From positions 1-33,613 of the forward strand of contig QHSM01000332.1 of the NCBI GenBank assembly GCA_003221595.1: a stretch of 33,613 nt of DNA. Direction: 5' to 3'. Numbering within the stretch: the stretch's first letter is position 1; every line of letters starts with the position of its first letter. Positions 1 to 8,829 of the stretch are shown one piece after another. This DNA comes from Candidatus Rokuibacteriota bacterium. GTDB lineage: Bacteria > Methylomirabilota > Methylomirabilia > Rokubacteriales > CSP1-6. The position numbers were made by a program, and so were the translations under genes. Below the pieces are notes generated by a model that was given only the letters and a program-made list of their open reading frames with translations, made no database searches and was not told the origin of the DNA.

Positions 1-144
1 CGGGTGACCTATCGGCTTCCGCTCGGGCCGCTCGGGCGCGCCGCGCACGCGTTGCTCGTGCGCCAGCAGATCGCCGCGCTGTGGCGCTACCGGACCCGTC
101 GGCTCGGCGAGCTGGTGGGGCCGCTCAGCTCGCCGGCAGGCTGA
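1..144 (+). CDS. 3' end of a CDS that starts upstream of the window (last 47 codons); possibly an SRPBCC/cyclase-dehydrase-type C-terminus
   Basis: Frame 1 is open from base 1 to TGA 142-144 (RVTYRLPLGPLGRAAHALLVRQQIAALWRYRTRRLGELVGPLSSPAG*). Codon position 3 is almost exclusively G/C, as in the confident genes here. The family guess rests only on the PLGPLG...YR tail motif recalled from SRPBCC proteins. Confidence 0.4.
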   Translation, partial: RVTYRLPLGPLGRAAHALLVRQQIAALWRYRTRRLGELVGPLSSPAG

Positions 145-992
145 CGCCGAGCTTCTCGAGACGGGGCCGGACGCGGTCGGTGAGGAGCCCCAGCCGCGCC
201 AGGTTCGCGACCATCGAGCCGTGCATGTCCCGCTTGAAGTACTTGCGGAACGGCGCGTAGTCGTTGGAAGCGGCCGTCTCGCGGCGGTAGCGCTTGACCC
301 CGGCGCTCCGCCGGCGAGGCCTCGTTGACGACCCGCGGGAGCGAGAGCATGCCGAACCCCATGTGGCGCGACTCGTCCAGCAGGATGCGCTTGCAGATCG
401 CCTCCAGCACGGGATCGCGGGCGCTCTCGCTCATCATCTTGAACAGGGCGACCGCGAAGGTCTCCGCGACGAGCTGCAGCGCGATCGTCTTGAGATACCA
501 GCGGCTCTCCGACAGGATCGAGTCGAAGAGATCGCGCTCGTTCGCCGGCATCGGGTAGGTGAGACCGTCGAGCCGCTCGGTCAGGTAGCGGCTCAGGACC
601 TCGTTGTGCCGCGCCTCGTCGACCACCTGCGTCGCCTGGAAAAACTTCGCGTCGGCGCCCTCCACGATGTCGACCATCTGGCTGCAGGCGAGGAGCGCGC
701 CCTGCTCGCCGTGCATGAGGACCGAGAGGCGCCAGGCGGCGATGTGCCGATTGAGCGCGACTCGCTCGGCCTCCGGCAGCCGCTCCCAGAGGGGGCTGCC
801 GTAGACGTCGATCAGCTCGTCGGCGATGACGCGGCCGTCGGAAGACGGCGCCGCCGACCAGGGGATGTCGCGCGAGGCGTTCCACTGGTCGCGCTTGGCG
901 TTCTCGTAGAGCCGCCGCAGATCGGCCTCGGAGACTCCGTACTCCAGGGTGAACGTCGTCGTGAAGGACGAGGGAATCGCCAGCGCTTTCAT
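125..992 (-). CDS. ferritin-like diiron-carboxylate protein (AurF/R2-like oxygenase superfamily), reading frame broken by a 1-nt frameshift near 298-301
   Basis: This is ORF-track 87..1205(-). The real start is ATG 992 (MKALAIPSS...), 7 nt below a TGcTATCCT box. The E/ExxH/E/ExxH ligand pattern is visible (HGEQGAL, DEARHNEV, LVAETFA, LLDESRHMGF). After ...SPAERR the tracked frame becomes R/P/G/A-rich junk. The adjacent frame continues with GC3-rich, protein-like VKRYRRETAASNDYAPFRKYFKRDMHGSMVANLARLGLLTDRVRPRLEKLGVSLPAS* to TGA 125-127. Confidence 0.7.
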
Positions 993-999
993 GGAAGCC

Positions 1000-1008
1000 A
1001 GGATAGCA
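1000..1008 (-). promoter_or_regulatory. extended -10 box TGcTATCCT for the diiron-protein gene (leaderless geometry)
   Basis: The minus strand reads ctcTGcTATCCTggcttccATG, with 7 nt between the hexamer and ATG 992 and no SD. Confidence 0.5.
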
Positions 1009-1011
1009 GAG

Positions 1012-1020
1012 TGGTACTTT
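1012..1020 (+). promoter_or_regulatory. extended -10 box TGgTACTTT for nfo (leaderless geometry)
   Basis: The plus strand reads gagTGgTACTTTggccgccATG, with 7 nt between the hexamer and ATG 1028 and no SD. It is divergent from the box at 1000-1008, which lies only 3 nt away. Confidence 0.5.
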
Positions 1021-1027
1021 GGCCGCC

Positions 1028-1900
1028 ATGGCGCCGCGGCGGGACGAGATCGGAGCCCACATGTCGATCGCCGGCGGCCTGCACCTGGCGCTCGAGCGCG
1101 GGCGCGAGGTGGGCTGCGGCGCCGTCCAGATCTTCCTGAAAAACCAGCGACAGTGGGCGGCGCGTCCGCTCGACGACGAGGCGATCCGGACGTTCGGGGC
1201 GGCACGACGGCAGACCGGCATCCGGCGCGTCTTCGCCCACTCGAGCTACCTCATCAATCTGGCCAGCCCGGACGCCACCGCCTGGGCGCAGGCGGTCGAC
1301 GCGTTCACCGACGAGCTCGAGCGCGGCGAGGCGCTCGGCCTCTCGTGCGTGGTCATCCATCCCGGCTCTCACATGGGCGCGGGGCTCGAGCCCGGGCTTC
1401 GTCGAGTCATCGGAGCGCTCGACGGGGCGCTCGCCCGGACCGCCGGCTACCGCATCAAGGTCGCCCTGGAGAACACGGCCGGCGGCGGCAACTCGGTCGG
1501 ACGCACGTTCGGCGAGCTGGCGACCATGATCGACGGCGCGGCGCGCCCCGAGCGGATCGGCATCTGCATCGACACCTGCCACCTGTTCGCCGCGGGCTAC
1601 GACCTTCGCACCGAGACCGGATACGCGCGAGCCATGGCCGAGTGCGAGGCCACCGTGGGACGTGAGCGCGTGCTGGCTTTCCATCTGAACGACGCGAAGG
1701 CGCCCTTCGGCTCCGGGCTCGACCGCCACGAGCACATCGGCCGAGGCTTCCTCGGGCTCGCCGCCTTCCGGCGCCTCCTGAACGACCGCCGCTTCGCCCG
1801 GGTACCGAAAGTATTGGAGACGCCCAAGGAGCCGGAGCCCACCGCCGATCTCCGCAACCTCGCCACGCTCCGGCGACTCCGGCGGCCTCACGGGCGGTAG
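1028..1900 (+). CDS. nfo: deoxyribonuclease IV / AP endonuclease (endonuclease IV family)
   Basis: This is ORF 1019..1900. Signature blocks are IGAHMSIAGGL, FAHSSYLINLAS, VVIHPGSH, ALENTAGGGN, CIDTCHLFAAGYD and FHLNDAK...DRHEHIG. ATG 1028 is preferred over TTG 1019 because of the -10 box 7 nt upstream. Confidence 0.9.
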   Translation: MAPRRDEIGAHMSIAGGLHLALERGREVGCGAVQIFLKNQRQWAARPLDDEAIRTFGAARRQTGIRRVFAHSSYLINLASPDATAWAQAVDAFTDELERGEALGLSCVVIHPGSHMGAGLEPGLRRVIGALDGALARTAGYRIKVALENTAGGGNSVGRTFGELATMIDGAARPERIGICIDTCHLFAAGYDLRTETGYARAMAECEATVGRERVLAFHLNDAKAPFGSGLDRHEHIGRGFLGLAAFRRLLNDRRFARVPKVLETPKEPEPTADLRNLATLRRLRRPHGR

Positions 1901-1915
1901 GACGGGTAGACGGGG

Positions 1916-2614
1916 TCAGCGGGCCTTGGTGACTCCGACCTTTCGGCAGAGCGAGGAGACCGGGCAGATCGAGCAGCGCGGAGAGAGCGGCGTGCAGACG
2001 TTCTGACCGAAGGAGACGAGAAGGTCGTTGTAGCCGATCCAGTGCCGGCGCGGCAGCTTCGCCCGGAGCGCCATCTCGGTTTCCTCCGGATGGCGCGTCT
2101 TCACATAGCCCAGTCGGTTCGAGATGCGGTGCACGTGAGTGTCGACGCAGATGCCCGGCTTGCCATAGCCCATCGTCACGACCAGATTGGCCGTCTTTCG
2201 TCCCACGCCGTTGAGCGTGAGAAGGTCGTCGATCGTGTCGGGCACCCGTCCGGCGAAACGGTCGAGCAAGTCGTGACAGATCCCGAGGATGACGCGTGCC
2301 TTCGTTCGATAGAAGCCGACGGGATATATGAGGCGCTCGATGCGACGGGGGGTGAGCTTCAGCATGCTCTCCGGGGTGGCGGCCTCGGCGAAGAGGCGGT
2401 CGGACGCGGGGCCCGTCGTCGTGTCCTGGGTTCGAAGCGACAGGATGCAGGCGATCAGGACTCGGAACGGGTCGCCCTCGCGGGTCGCGATGACGGCGAG
2501 CGCGGTCGGGTTCCACGTCGGCGCCGTCCGGCGAAGCCCGCGGATCACGGCGTCGATCGCCACGCCTCGTCCGTGATCGCTTCGAGACGGCTTCGGGCGC
2601 GCGCGCGCTCGCAC
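1916..2614 (-). CDS. nth: endonuclease III (DNA-(apurinic/apyrimidinic site) lyase, HhH-GPD with 4Fe-4S loop)
   Basis: This is ORF 1916..2815, but the first ~67 codons are probably not translated. The HhH block is LTLNGVGRKTANLV, followed by VDTHVHRISNRLG and a C-terminal cluster loop CTPLSPRCSICPVSSLC (C-x6-C-x2-C-x5-C). GTG 2614 lies 7 nt below a TTGACG-17-TAGAGT promoter. Confidence 0.85.
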   Translation of the reverse strand: MRARARPKPSRSDHGRGVAIDAVIRGLRRTAPTWNPTALAVIATREGDPFRVLIACILSLRTQDTTTGPASDRLFAEAATPESMLKLTPRRIERLIYPVGFYRTKARVILGICHDLLDRFAGRVPDTIDDLLTLNGVGRKTANLVVTMGYGKPGICVDTHVHRISNRLGYVKTRHPEETEMALRAKLPRRHWIGYNDLLVSFGQNVCTPLSPRCSICPVSSLCRKVGVTKAR

Positions 2615-2621
2615 GCCGCGG

Positions 2622-2650
2622 ACTCTACCGCCCGGGCCCGGGCCCGTCAA
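2622..2650 (-). promoter_or_regulatory. sigma70-type promoter of nth: -35 TTGACG, 17-nt spacer, -10 TAGAGT, 7 nt to GTG
   Basis: The minus strand reads TTGACGggcccgggcccgggcggTAGAGTccgcggcGTG. Its -35 sits back to back with a plus-strand TTGACT (2653-2658), forming the palindrome GTCAAtcTTGAC. Confidence 0.55.
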
Positions 2651-2720
2651 TCTTGACTCCCCCGGGAGCGTCGGCGATCCTCCTCGGCGTGATCTCCGTC
2701 GTACACTCGGCGCCGCGCCG

Positions 2721-3176
2721 ATGACCCTGCTCCGGGCGCTCGCCGTCGTCTCGGTCGCCGCCTGGCTCGGCATCATGGCGTTCTTCTCGTTCGAGGTCGC
2801 GCCGGTTGTCTTCAAGACGATCGACCGCGCGATCGCCGGTCAGGCCGTCGCGGCCGTGCTCCCGCGCTATTACCGGTGGGGGCTGGCGCTGAGCGGGATC
2901 GCCCTCGTCGCCTCGGCCCTGCAGGCGATCTCCGGCAGGTCGGGGCGCCTGCGGCCGCTGCTCGGCACCGCGCTCGCCGCTCTCATGGTGGCGATGCTGG
3001 TCTTTGCGTCGGCCGTGCTGATGCCACGGGCCGAGACGGCGCGTCGCACGCGCGACGACTCGGTTTTCGCCCGGGCGCACCGGGCCTCGATCCAGGTCAA
3101 CCTCGTGACACTCGGCGCCGGAGTCGCCTTTCTGATCCTCGAGGGCGTCAGCCGGCGGCGCGGGCGTGAGCGATGA
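2721..3176 (+). CDS. DUF4149 (TMEM205-like) family membrane protein
   Basis: The 151-aa product has four predicted hydrophobic helices. The N-terminal block AWLGIMAFFSFEVAPVVFKTIDRAIAGQAVAAVLPRYYRWG resembles my recollection of DUF4149. GC3 is high. Confidence 0.55.
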   Translation: MTLLRALAVVSVAAWLGIMAFFSFEVAPVVFKTIDRAIAGQAVAAVLPRYYRWGLALSGIALVASALQAISGRSGRLRPLLGTALAALMVAMLVFASAVLMPRAETARRTRDDSVFARAHRASIQVNLVTLGAGVAFLILEGVSRRRGRER

Positions 3177-3735
3177 GCTGCATCAGCGCCCGGATGCGAT
3201 CGGGCACCGCCGACGGCGGCTCCTGAGCAATCGCCTCGCACGCGGCGAGGAGAAGCCAGGCGAAGGTCTCCGAGTCGATCTCGACGCGGCTCCTCCGGCC
3301 CTTCACGCGCTCCACGACCTCCTGGAGCCCGAGACGCACCTGCTCGCGCGCCCACGAGAGCGCCAGGGCGGCCGTCTTGTCGCTACGGCTCCGCACCCGC
3401 GCGCGGAAGACCTCGTGCGGGAGCGACTCGGACGGTCCGTAAGCGGCGGCGAGCTTCAGCAAGGGCAGGGAGAGCGCGCGGGTCGGGTCCGCATCCCGCG
3501 CCAGCTCGGCGAGCTCCTTTGCCAGCTCGAGCAGAAACCGCTCGGCGGGCGCCGGCCGCGGCAACCGGGCCTTCGGGCTCCGCGGCTTCTGCTCCCGCGC
3601 CGCCCGACTTCGCGGCTTCGGGCTTCGCGGCTTCTGACCGTGCGGCCTCGGTCGAGCCCGAGCCTTCGCGACCGGCGACCGCGCGCGCGTTGGCTTTCGT
3701 CGAGTCCGTCGCGCTCGAGCCCGACTCATCAACAT
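3148..3735 (-). CDS. hypothetical protein: Arg/Lys/Pro-rich repeat tail (RSPK motifs) followed by a helical domain with weak TetR-like HTH resemblance
   Basis: This is the C-terminal 195 codons of the composite ORF 3148..5211. The start lies among ATG 3735 / TTG 3732 / ATG 3729. The tail is RKPTRARSPVAKARARPRPHGQKPRSPKPRSRAAREQKPRSPKARLPRP. It is followed by FLLELAKELAELA...LSLPLLKLAAAYGPSESLPHEVF, reminiscent of the TetR helix1-HTH. The gene is separated from the upstream permease gene by a strong hairpin. Confidence 0.5.
   Translation of the reverse strand: MLMSRARARRTRRKPTRARSPVAKARARPRPHGQKPRSPKPRSRAAREQKPRSPKARLPRPAPAERFLLELAKELAELARDADPTRALSLPLLKLAAAYGPSESLPHEVFRARVRSRSDKTAALALSWAREQVRLGLQEVVERVKGRRSRVEIDSETFAWLLLAACEAIAQEPPSAVPDRIRALMQLIAHARAAG
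3571..3636 (-). repeat. in-frame 45-nt-period duplication inside the basic tail coding region
   Basis: The 21-mers cttcgggctccgcggcttctg (3571-3591) and cttcgggcttcgcggcttctg (3616-3636) differ at one base. The 9-mer cgcggcttc occurs three times (3581, 3611, 3626). The duplication encodes the repeated QKPRSPK peptide. Confidence 0.6.
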
Positions 3736-3738
3736 CAG

Positions 3739-3747
3739 ACGATAACA
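3739..3747 (-). promoter_or_regulatory. extended -10 box TGtTATCGT upstream of the basic-tail protein gene
   Basis: The minus strand reads ggtttTGtTATCGTctgATGttgATG. The start codons lie 3, 6 and 9 nt below the hexamer. Confidence 0.35.
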
Positions 3748-3843
3748 AACCCCGATTTGCCAACCGAACTTTGCAGTGCATGACGGATGGGGCCGGATCC
3801 ATGCCGAAGCGGGAATCCGATCGAGGCACACCGGCAAGGTGAG

Positions 3844-3881
3844 GGGCCGGCGGGGCGGGAGCGGTCCCGCCCCGCCGGCCC
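3844..3881 (-). terminator. GC-rich hairpin terminator after the efflux operon
   Basis: A perfect 17-bp stem pairs gggccggcggggcggga (3844-3860) with tcccgccccgccggccc (3865-3881) around the loop gcgg. It begins 3 nt after the TAA stop at 3885-3887. No U tract follows. Confidence 0.65.
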
Positions 3882-3884
3882 TGA

Positions 3885-5113
3885 TTACTCGTACCGCAGA
3901 GCCTCGATCGGATCGAGACGCGACGCCTTGCGCGCCGGATAGAACCCGAAAAAGATTCCGATGCCTGCTGCGAAGCCGAAAGCGATCACGATCGACTGGG
4001 GCGCGACCAGCGTCCGCCACTCGGCGAAATAGCTGATGGCCCGCGAGCCGCCCAACCCGAGCGCGATGCCGATGACGCCGCCGATGAGCGACAGCGTGAT
4101 CGCCTCGATCAGGAACTGGAGCAGGATGTGCCGCCGGCGCGCGCCCACCGCCATGCGCAACCCGATCTCGCGCGTCCGCTCGGTCACCGACACGAGCATG
4201 ATGTTCATGATGCCGATGCCGCCGACCAGCAGCGAGACCGACGCGATCGCGGCGAGGAGGTAGGTCATCACCTTCGACGACTCCTCCTGGGCTTGTAAGA
4301 CTTCCGAGAGGTTGCGGAGCCAGAAATCGTCGTCCTGGAACGGCTGCAGGCGATGGCGCTGGCGCAGCAGCGCGCGGATCTGCTCCTCCGCCTCGGCCAT
4401 GTCCGCGTCGGCCCGGACCTTGACCGAGATCGATCCGACGGAGCGCGGGTTGGCCTGGCTCACGCCGAGGACCTTCTTCTTCGCCGTCGAGATCGGGATC
4501 ATGATCACGTCGTCCTGGTCCTGCCCCCAGGAGTTCTGCCCCTTGCGCGACAGCACGCCGACGACGGTGAAGGGGACCTTCTTGATCCGGATGATCTGAC
4601 CGAGCGGCTCGGACTCGCCGAAGAGGTTGAGCGCCGTGGTCTGACCCACCAGCGCGATCTTGGTGGCGCCCTCGACGTCCTCGGGGCTGACCGCCCGGCC
4701 GTCCGTCACCGGCCAGTCCCGCGCCTCGAAGTAATCGGGCGTGACGCCCTGGATCACCGTGGCCCAGTTCAAGTTGCCGTACACGACCTGCGAGGTGCCG
4801 CGCACCGCCGGAGCCGCGACCTGGACGAGCGGGACCTCGCGCGCGATCGCGGCCGAGTCGTCCTCGCTGATCGTGAGCTGACTGCCGGTGCCGAGCCGGA
4901 TGCCGCTGGAGGTGACGCTGCCCGAGAGGACGATGATCAGGTTCGACCCGAGGCTCTGGATCTGCTCGGCGACGCGGGCCTGGGCGCCGGCGCCGACACC
5001 GACCATGGCGATGACGGCGGCCACGCCGATGATGATGCCCAGCATGGTGAGGGCGCTCCGGAGCTTGTTCACCCGGAGGGCCCGGCCGGCGATCCTGACG
5101 CTCTGCCAGACGC

Positions 5114-5117
<4 letters not shown>
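3885..5117 (-). CDS. ABC transporter permease, MacB/FtsX-type (periplasmic MacB_PCD domain + FtsX TM bundle)
   Basis: The 410-aa product begins [36 protein letters not shown]... and has a large periplasmic insert. The C-terminal block is ...[44 protein letters not shown] 5117 overlaps the upstream stop (GTGA). Confidence 0.85.
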
Positions 5118-5863
<746 letters not shown>

Positions 5864-5865
5864 GC

Positions 5866-7404
5866 TCAGAGCCTGAGGCGCGGCGCGCCCTGCGGCGACT
5901 GCTGGCCGCCGCCGCTCCGGCCGGCGCCCGCGAGGCCGACGATCACGTCCTGGCCCTCGTTGACCTCGCCGCGCAGGACCTCGGTGGCCGCCCCGTCGCT
6001 CAGGCCGAGGGTCAGCGCGACGGCCGCCGGCTTGCCGTCGGGACCGATCACCCACGCGCGCCCCCGGATGCCGGCTCGGCCCTCGCCTCCCGCGGCGCCC
6101 GCCATCTGGTCGTAGCGCTCCTTCTGGGCGTCCGTGAGGATCTCGCGAATCCGGACACGCGACGCCTCACGGATCTTCTGGCCCCGCGCGCGGCGATCGG
6201 GCTCGGGAAGTCCCTGCAGCGCGCGCAGCTGCTCGCGGCTCTCCTGCAGGATCGGCTCGAGCTTCCTCTGCTGGTCCTCGGTGAGCTTCAGCTCGCGCAC
6301 GAGACGATCGCGGGTCTGCTCGAGCGAGGGCGGGCTGCCGCCGGGCGCGCCGCCGCCCGCCGGCGCGTCGGACGCCGGCGCCTCGATGCCCGCCGGCCTG
6401 AACCGGAGCGCCGCGTTGGGAACCTTCAGGACGCTGGCCTTCTCGGCGGTCACGAGCTTGACGTTGGCCGTCATGCCCGGCACGAGCTTGCCCGAGGGAT
6501 TCGCCACTGCGACAACGACCGTGTACGTCACGACGTTCTGGACGACCTGCGCGGCCTTGCGGATCTGCGTGACGGTCCCGGTGAACGTCTCCCCGGGAAA
6601 CGCGTCGACCGTGAAGGTGGCGCGATCCTCGAGCTTGATGCGCCCGATGTCCGCCTCGTCCACGCTCGTCTCGACCTGCATCTGCGTGAGGTCCTGGGCG
6701 ATGGTGAACAGCACGGGGGCCTGCAGGCTCGCCGCGACTGTCTGGCCGACGTCCACCTGGCGCGAGACGACCACGCCGTCGACCGGGGCCAGGATGGTCG
6801 TGTGGTCGAGATCGACCTGCGCCTGCTTGAGCGCGGCGTCCTTCTGTTTCACCTGAGCCCGTGCCGACTCGAGCATGGCCTGCGCCACGCGGAGCTGGGC
6901 GAGCGCCGACTGGATGCCGGACCCCAGCGCCTGCTCGCGCGCCCGAGTCGAATCGAGCTGGGCCCCCGCCGCGTCGTACGTGGCCTGCGACGTGTCGAGA
7001 TCGCTCTTGGCGATGAGCTGGCGGCCGAAGAGCTCCGTCTTCCGGTCGTAGTCGCGCTTGGCGTCCACGGACTGCACCTGCGCCTTGGCGGTGAACGCCT
7101 TGGCCTCGACGAGCGCCGCGCGGGCGTTGTCGACGTCGGCCCGAGCGCGCTCGACCTGGGCCTCCTGATTCAGCACGGCGGCGCGGGAGGAGTCCAGATC
7201 GGCCTTGGCCTGGTTCACCTTCGCCTCGAAGATGTCCGGGTCGATCCGGGCGATGACCTGGTTCTTCTTGACGATCGAGTTGAAGTCGACCTTTAGCTCT
7301 TTGATCTGTCCGGAAACCTGGCTGCCGACCTGGACGACCACCACGGCGTTGAGGCTTCCGGTGGCCGAGACCGCAGCCGTGAGGGGGCCGCGCTCGACGC
7401 GCAC
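5866..7404 (-). CDS. HlyD/MFP-family periplasmic adaptor (MacA-like) with a C-terminal LTXXQ-containing insertion; no N-terminal anchor is encoded
   Basis: The product begins (V)[54 protein letters not shown], a lipoyl/barrel-sandwich start. A long coiled-coil hairpin and a beta-barrel ([18 protein letters not shown]) follow. The first possible start is GTG 7404, only 58 nt from the upstream stop. Confidence 0.85.
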   Translation of the reverse strand: MRVERGPLTAAVSATGSLNAVVVVQVGSQVSGQIKELKVDFNSIVKKNQVIARIDPDIFEAKVNQAKADLDSSRAAVLNQEAQVERARADVDNARAALVEAKAFTAKAQVQSVDAKRDYDRKTELFGRQLIAKSDLDTSQATYDAAGAQLDSTRAREQALGSGIQSALAQLRVAQAMLESARAQVKQKDAALKQAQVDLDHTTILAPVDGVVVSRQVDVGQTVAASLQAPVLFTIAQDLTQMQVETSVDEADIGRIKLEDRATFTVDAFPGETFTGTVTQIRKAAQVVQNVVTYTVVVAVANPSGKLVPGMTANVKLVTAEKASVLKVPNAALRFRPAGIEAPASDAPAGGGAPGGSPPSLEQTRDRLVRELKLTEDQQRKLEPILQESREQLRALQGLPEPDRRARGQKIREASRVRIREILTDAQKERYDQMAGAAGGEGRAGIRGRAWVIGPDGKPAAVALTLGLSDGAATEVLRGEVNEGQDVIVGLAGAGRSGGGQQSPQGAPRLRL

Positions 7405-7462
7405 GGTCCGGTACTTGGGGGCGCTCCCGCGGCTCTGCGTGTAGAGGTCTGTTTCTCGGCCC

Positions 7463-8812
7463 TCAGCGGCGGCCGACCGCGCGATCCAGCCGGGCCAGCG
7501 CGATCCGATAGTCGGCCAGGGCCTGGCTCTCGGTGTTCTGGGCCTGGGTCAGCGCGAGCTGAGCGTCCGTCAATTCGAGAATGGTGCCGACGCCGGCGTC
7601 GAACCGCCCCTGCGCCAGGCGGAAGTTCTCCTGGGCCGAAGCGACCAGCGCCTGCGCGGCCTGGATCCGCTCCGCGGTCTCCTCGACGGCAATCTCGGCC
7701 TGCTCGACGTTCTGGAGGATGCTCAGCTCGGTGGATTTCACGGCAGCCCTGGCGCCTTCGAGCAACGCCTTCGCCTCCTGATACCTCGCGATCCGTCCAC
7801 CCCCGTCGAAGAAGGACCAGTTCAGCGACAGGCCGATCGACCAGGCCTCGTTGAGATCCTTCTGCGTGGCGCCGTATGCGCCCTGGCCCGTGAGGTCAGG
7901 CAAGAAGTCGCGAAAGGCCTTTCGCTCCCTGGCCTCGGCGGCCGCAGCCGTGAGCTTGGCGCTGCGGTACTCGGGTCGCTGGCGGAGTGATTCGCTGCGG
8001 AGCTGCTGGCGGTCCAGCACGACGGCTTGGTAGATGAGGTTGTCCACGATCTGGGTCCACGTGTCCACGTTGATCGCCATGGCGGTGTTGAGGGCGACGA
8101 TCGCACTGCGCAGGGCGTTCTTCGCGCGGATGAGATCGAGCTTGGCGTTGGCCACGTCGACCTCGGCCCGCGCGACGTCCGACTTCGGGCGGGTGCCGAC
8201 CTCGAAGAAGCCCTTTGCCGAGCGCAGGTTCAGCTCGGCGCGCTCCTGGGCCTGCTCCTGCACGCGGATCAAGCGCTGGCTGAAGAGAGTGTTCGTGTAC
8301 GCTTCCTTCACGGTCGCCGAGATCAGCTGCCGCTGCAACTCGACGTTCTCGACCTCGACCTCGGCGAGCTTCCGCCGGCCCTCGGTTTCCGCGAGATTCT
8401 TTCCGAAGTCGAAGAGGAGCTGAGACAGCAGAAGCTGGGCCGCGAAGGTATCGGCGAACTGGCTGTCCTGGGGCTGGCCGCCGCTGGAGGTGGAGCGTAC
8501 CCGGGCGGCGCCGACTTGCGCGCTCAGCTGAGGCAGAAGCGGCGCGAAAGCCTGATTCACTCGATAGCGCGCCGCAGCGTAGGCCGCAAGCCTCTCCTGG
8601 ATCGTCGGTTGACCCTCGAGCGCGATCGCAATGCACTCATCGATTGTCAGTGGCCGAGCCCCGATCTCGGACGAGGCCGGCGCAGGTGGAGTGGGCCGCG
8701 TCCCCTCTGGAGTCGAGGGCCGAGGGGCGGGCGGAGTCTGAGCGTTTGCCGCACCGATGAGCTGAAACGCAGTCGCCAACGCGACGAGCACGATCACTGT
8801 GACATGCGCCAT
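7463..8812 (-). CDS. TolC-family outer-membrane efflux protein
   Basis: This is ORF 7463..8947. The true start is ATG 8812, giving the signal peptide MAHVTVIVLVALATAFQLIGAANA. The protein has two OEP-type coiled-coil repeats and ends ...ALADYRIALARLDRAVGRR. The 45 codons upstream of 8812 have poor GC3 and contain regulatory motifs. Confidence 0.85.
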   Translation of the reverse strand: MAHVTVIVLVALATAFQLIGAANAQTPPAPRPSTPEGTRPTPPAPASSEIGARPLTIDECIAIALEGQPTIQERLAAYAAARYRVNQAFAPLLPQLSAQVGAARVRSTSSGGQPQDSQFADTFAAQLLLSQLLFDFGKNLAETEGRRKLAEVEVENVELQRQLISATVKEAYTNTLFSQRLIRVQEQAQERAELNLRSAKGFFEVGTRPKSDVARAEVDVANAKLDLIRAKNALRSAIVALNTAMAINVDTWTQIVDNLIYQAVVLDRQQLRSESLRQRPEYRSAKLTAAAAEARERKAFRDFLPDLTGQGAYGATQKDLNEAWSIGLSLNWSFFDGGGRIARYQEAKALLEGARAAVKSTELSILQNVEQAEIAVEETAERIQAAQALVASAQENFRLAQGRFDAGVGTILELTDAQLALTQAQNTESQALADYRIALARLDRAVGRR

Positions 8813-8820
8813 GGCGCCCC

Positions 8821-8829
8821 AGAATACCA
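8821..8829 (-). promoter_or_regulatory. extended -10 box TGgTATTCT of the efflux operon (leaderless geometry)
   Basis: The minus strand reads cgTGgTATTCTggggcgccATG, with 8 nt to ATG 8812 and no SD. Confidence 0.5.

Noticed and set aside
285-310. Programmed ribosomal frameshifting as the explanation for the diiron-gene and uvrC frame changes.
   Set aside because: Neither junction has a slippery heptamer or a stimulatory structure. The uvrC junction also lacks ~30 conserved residues, which frameshifting cannot restore. An indel or deletion is the simpler explanation.
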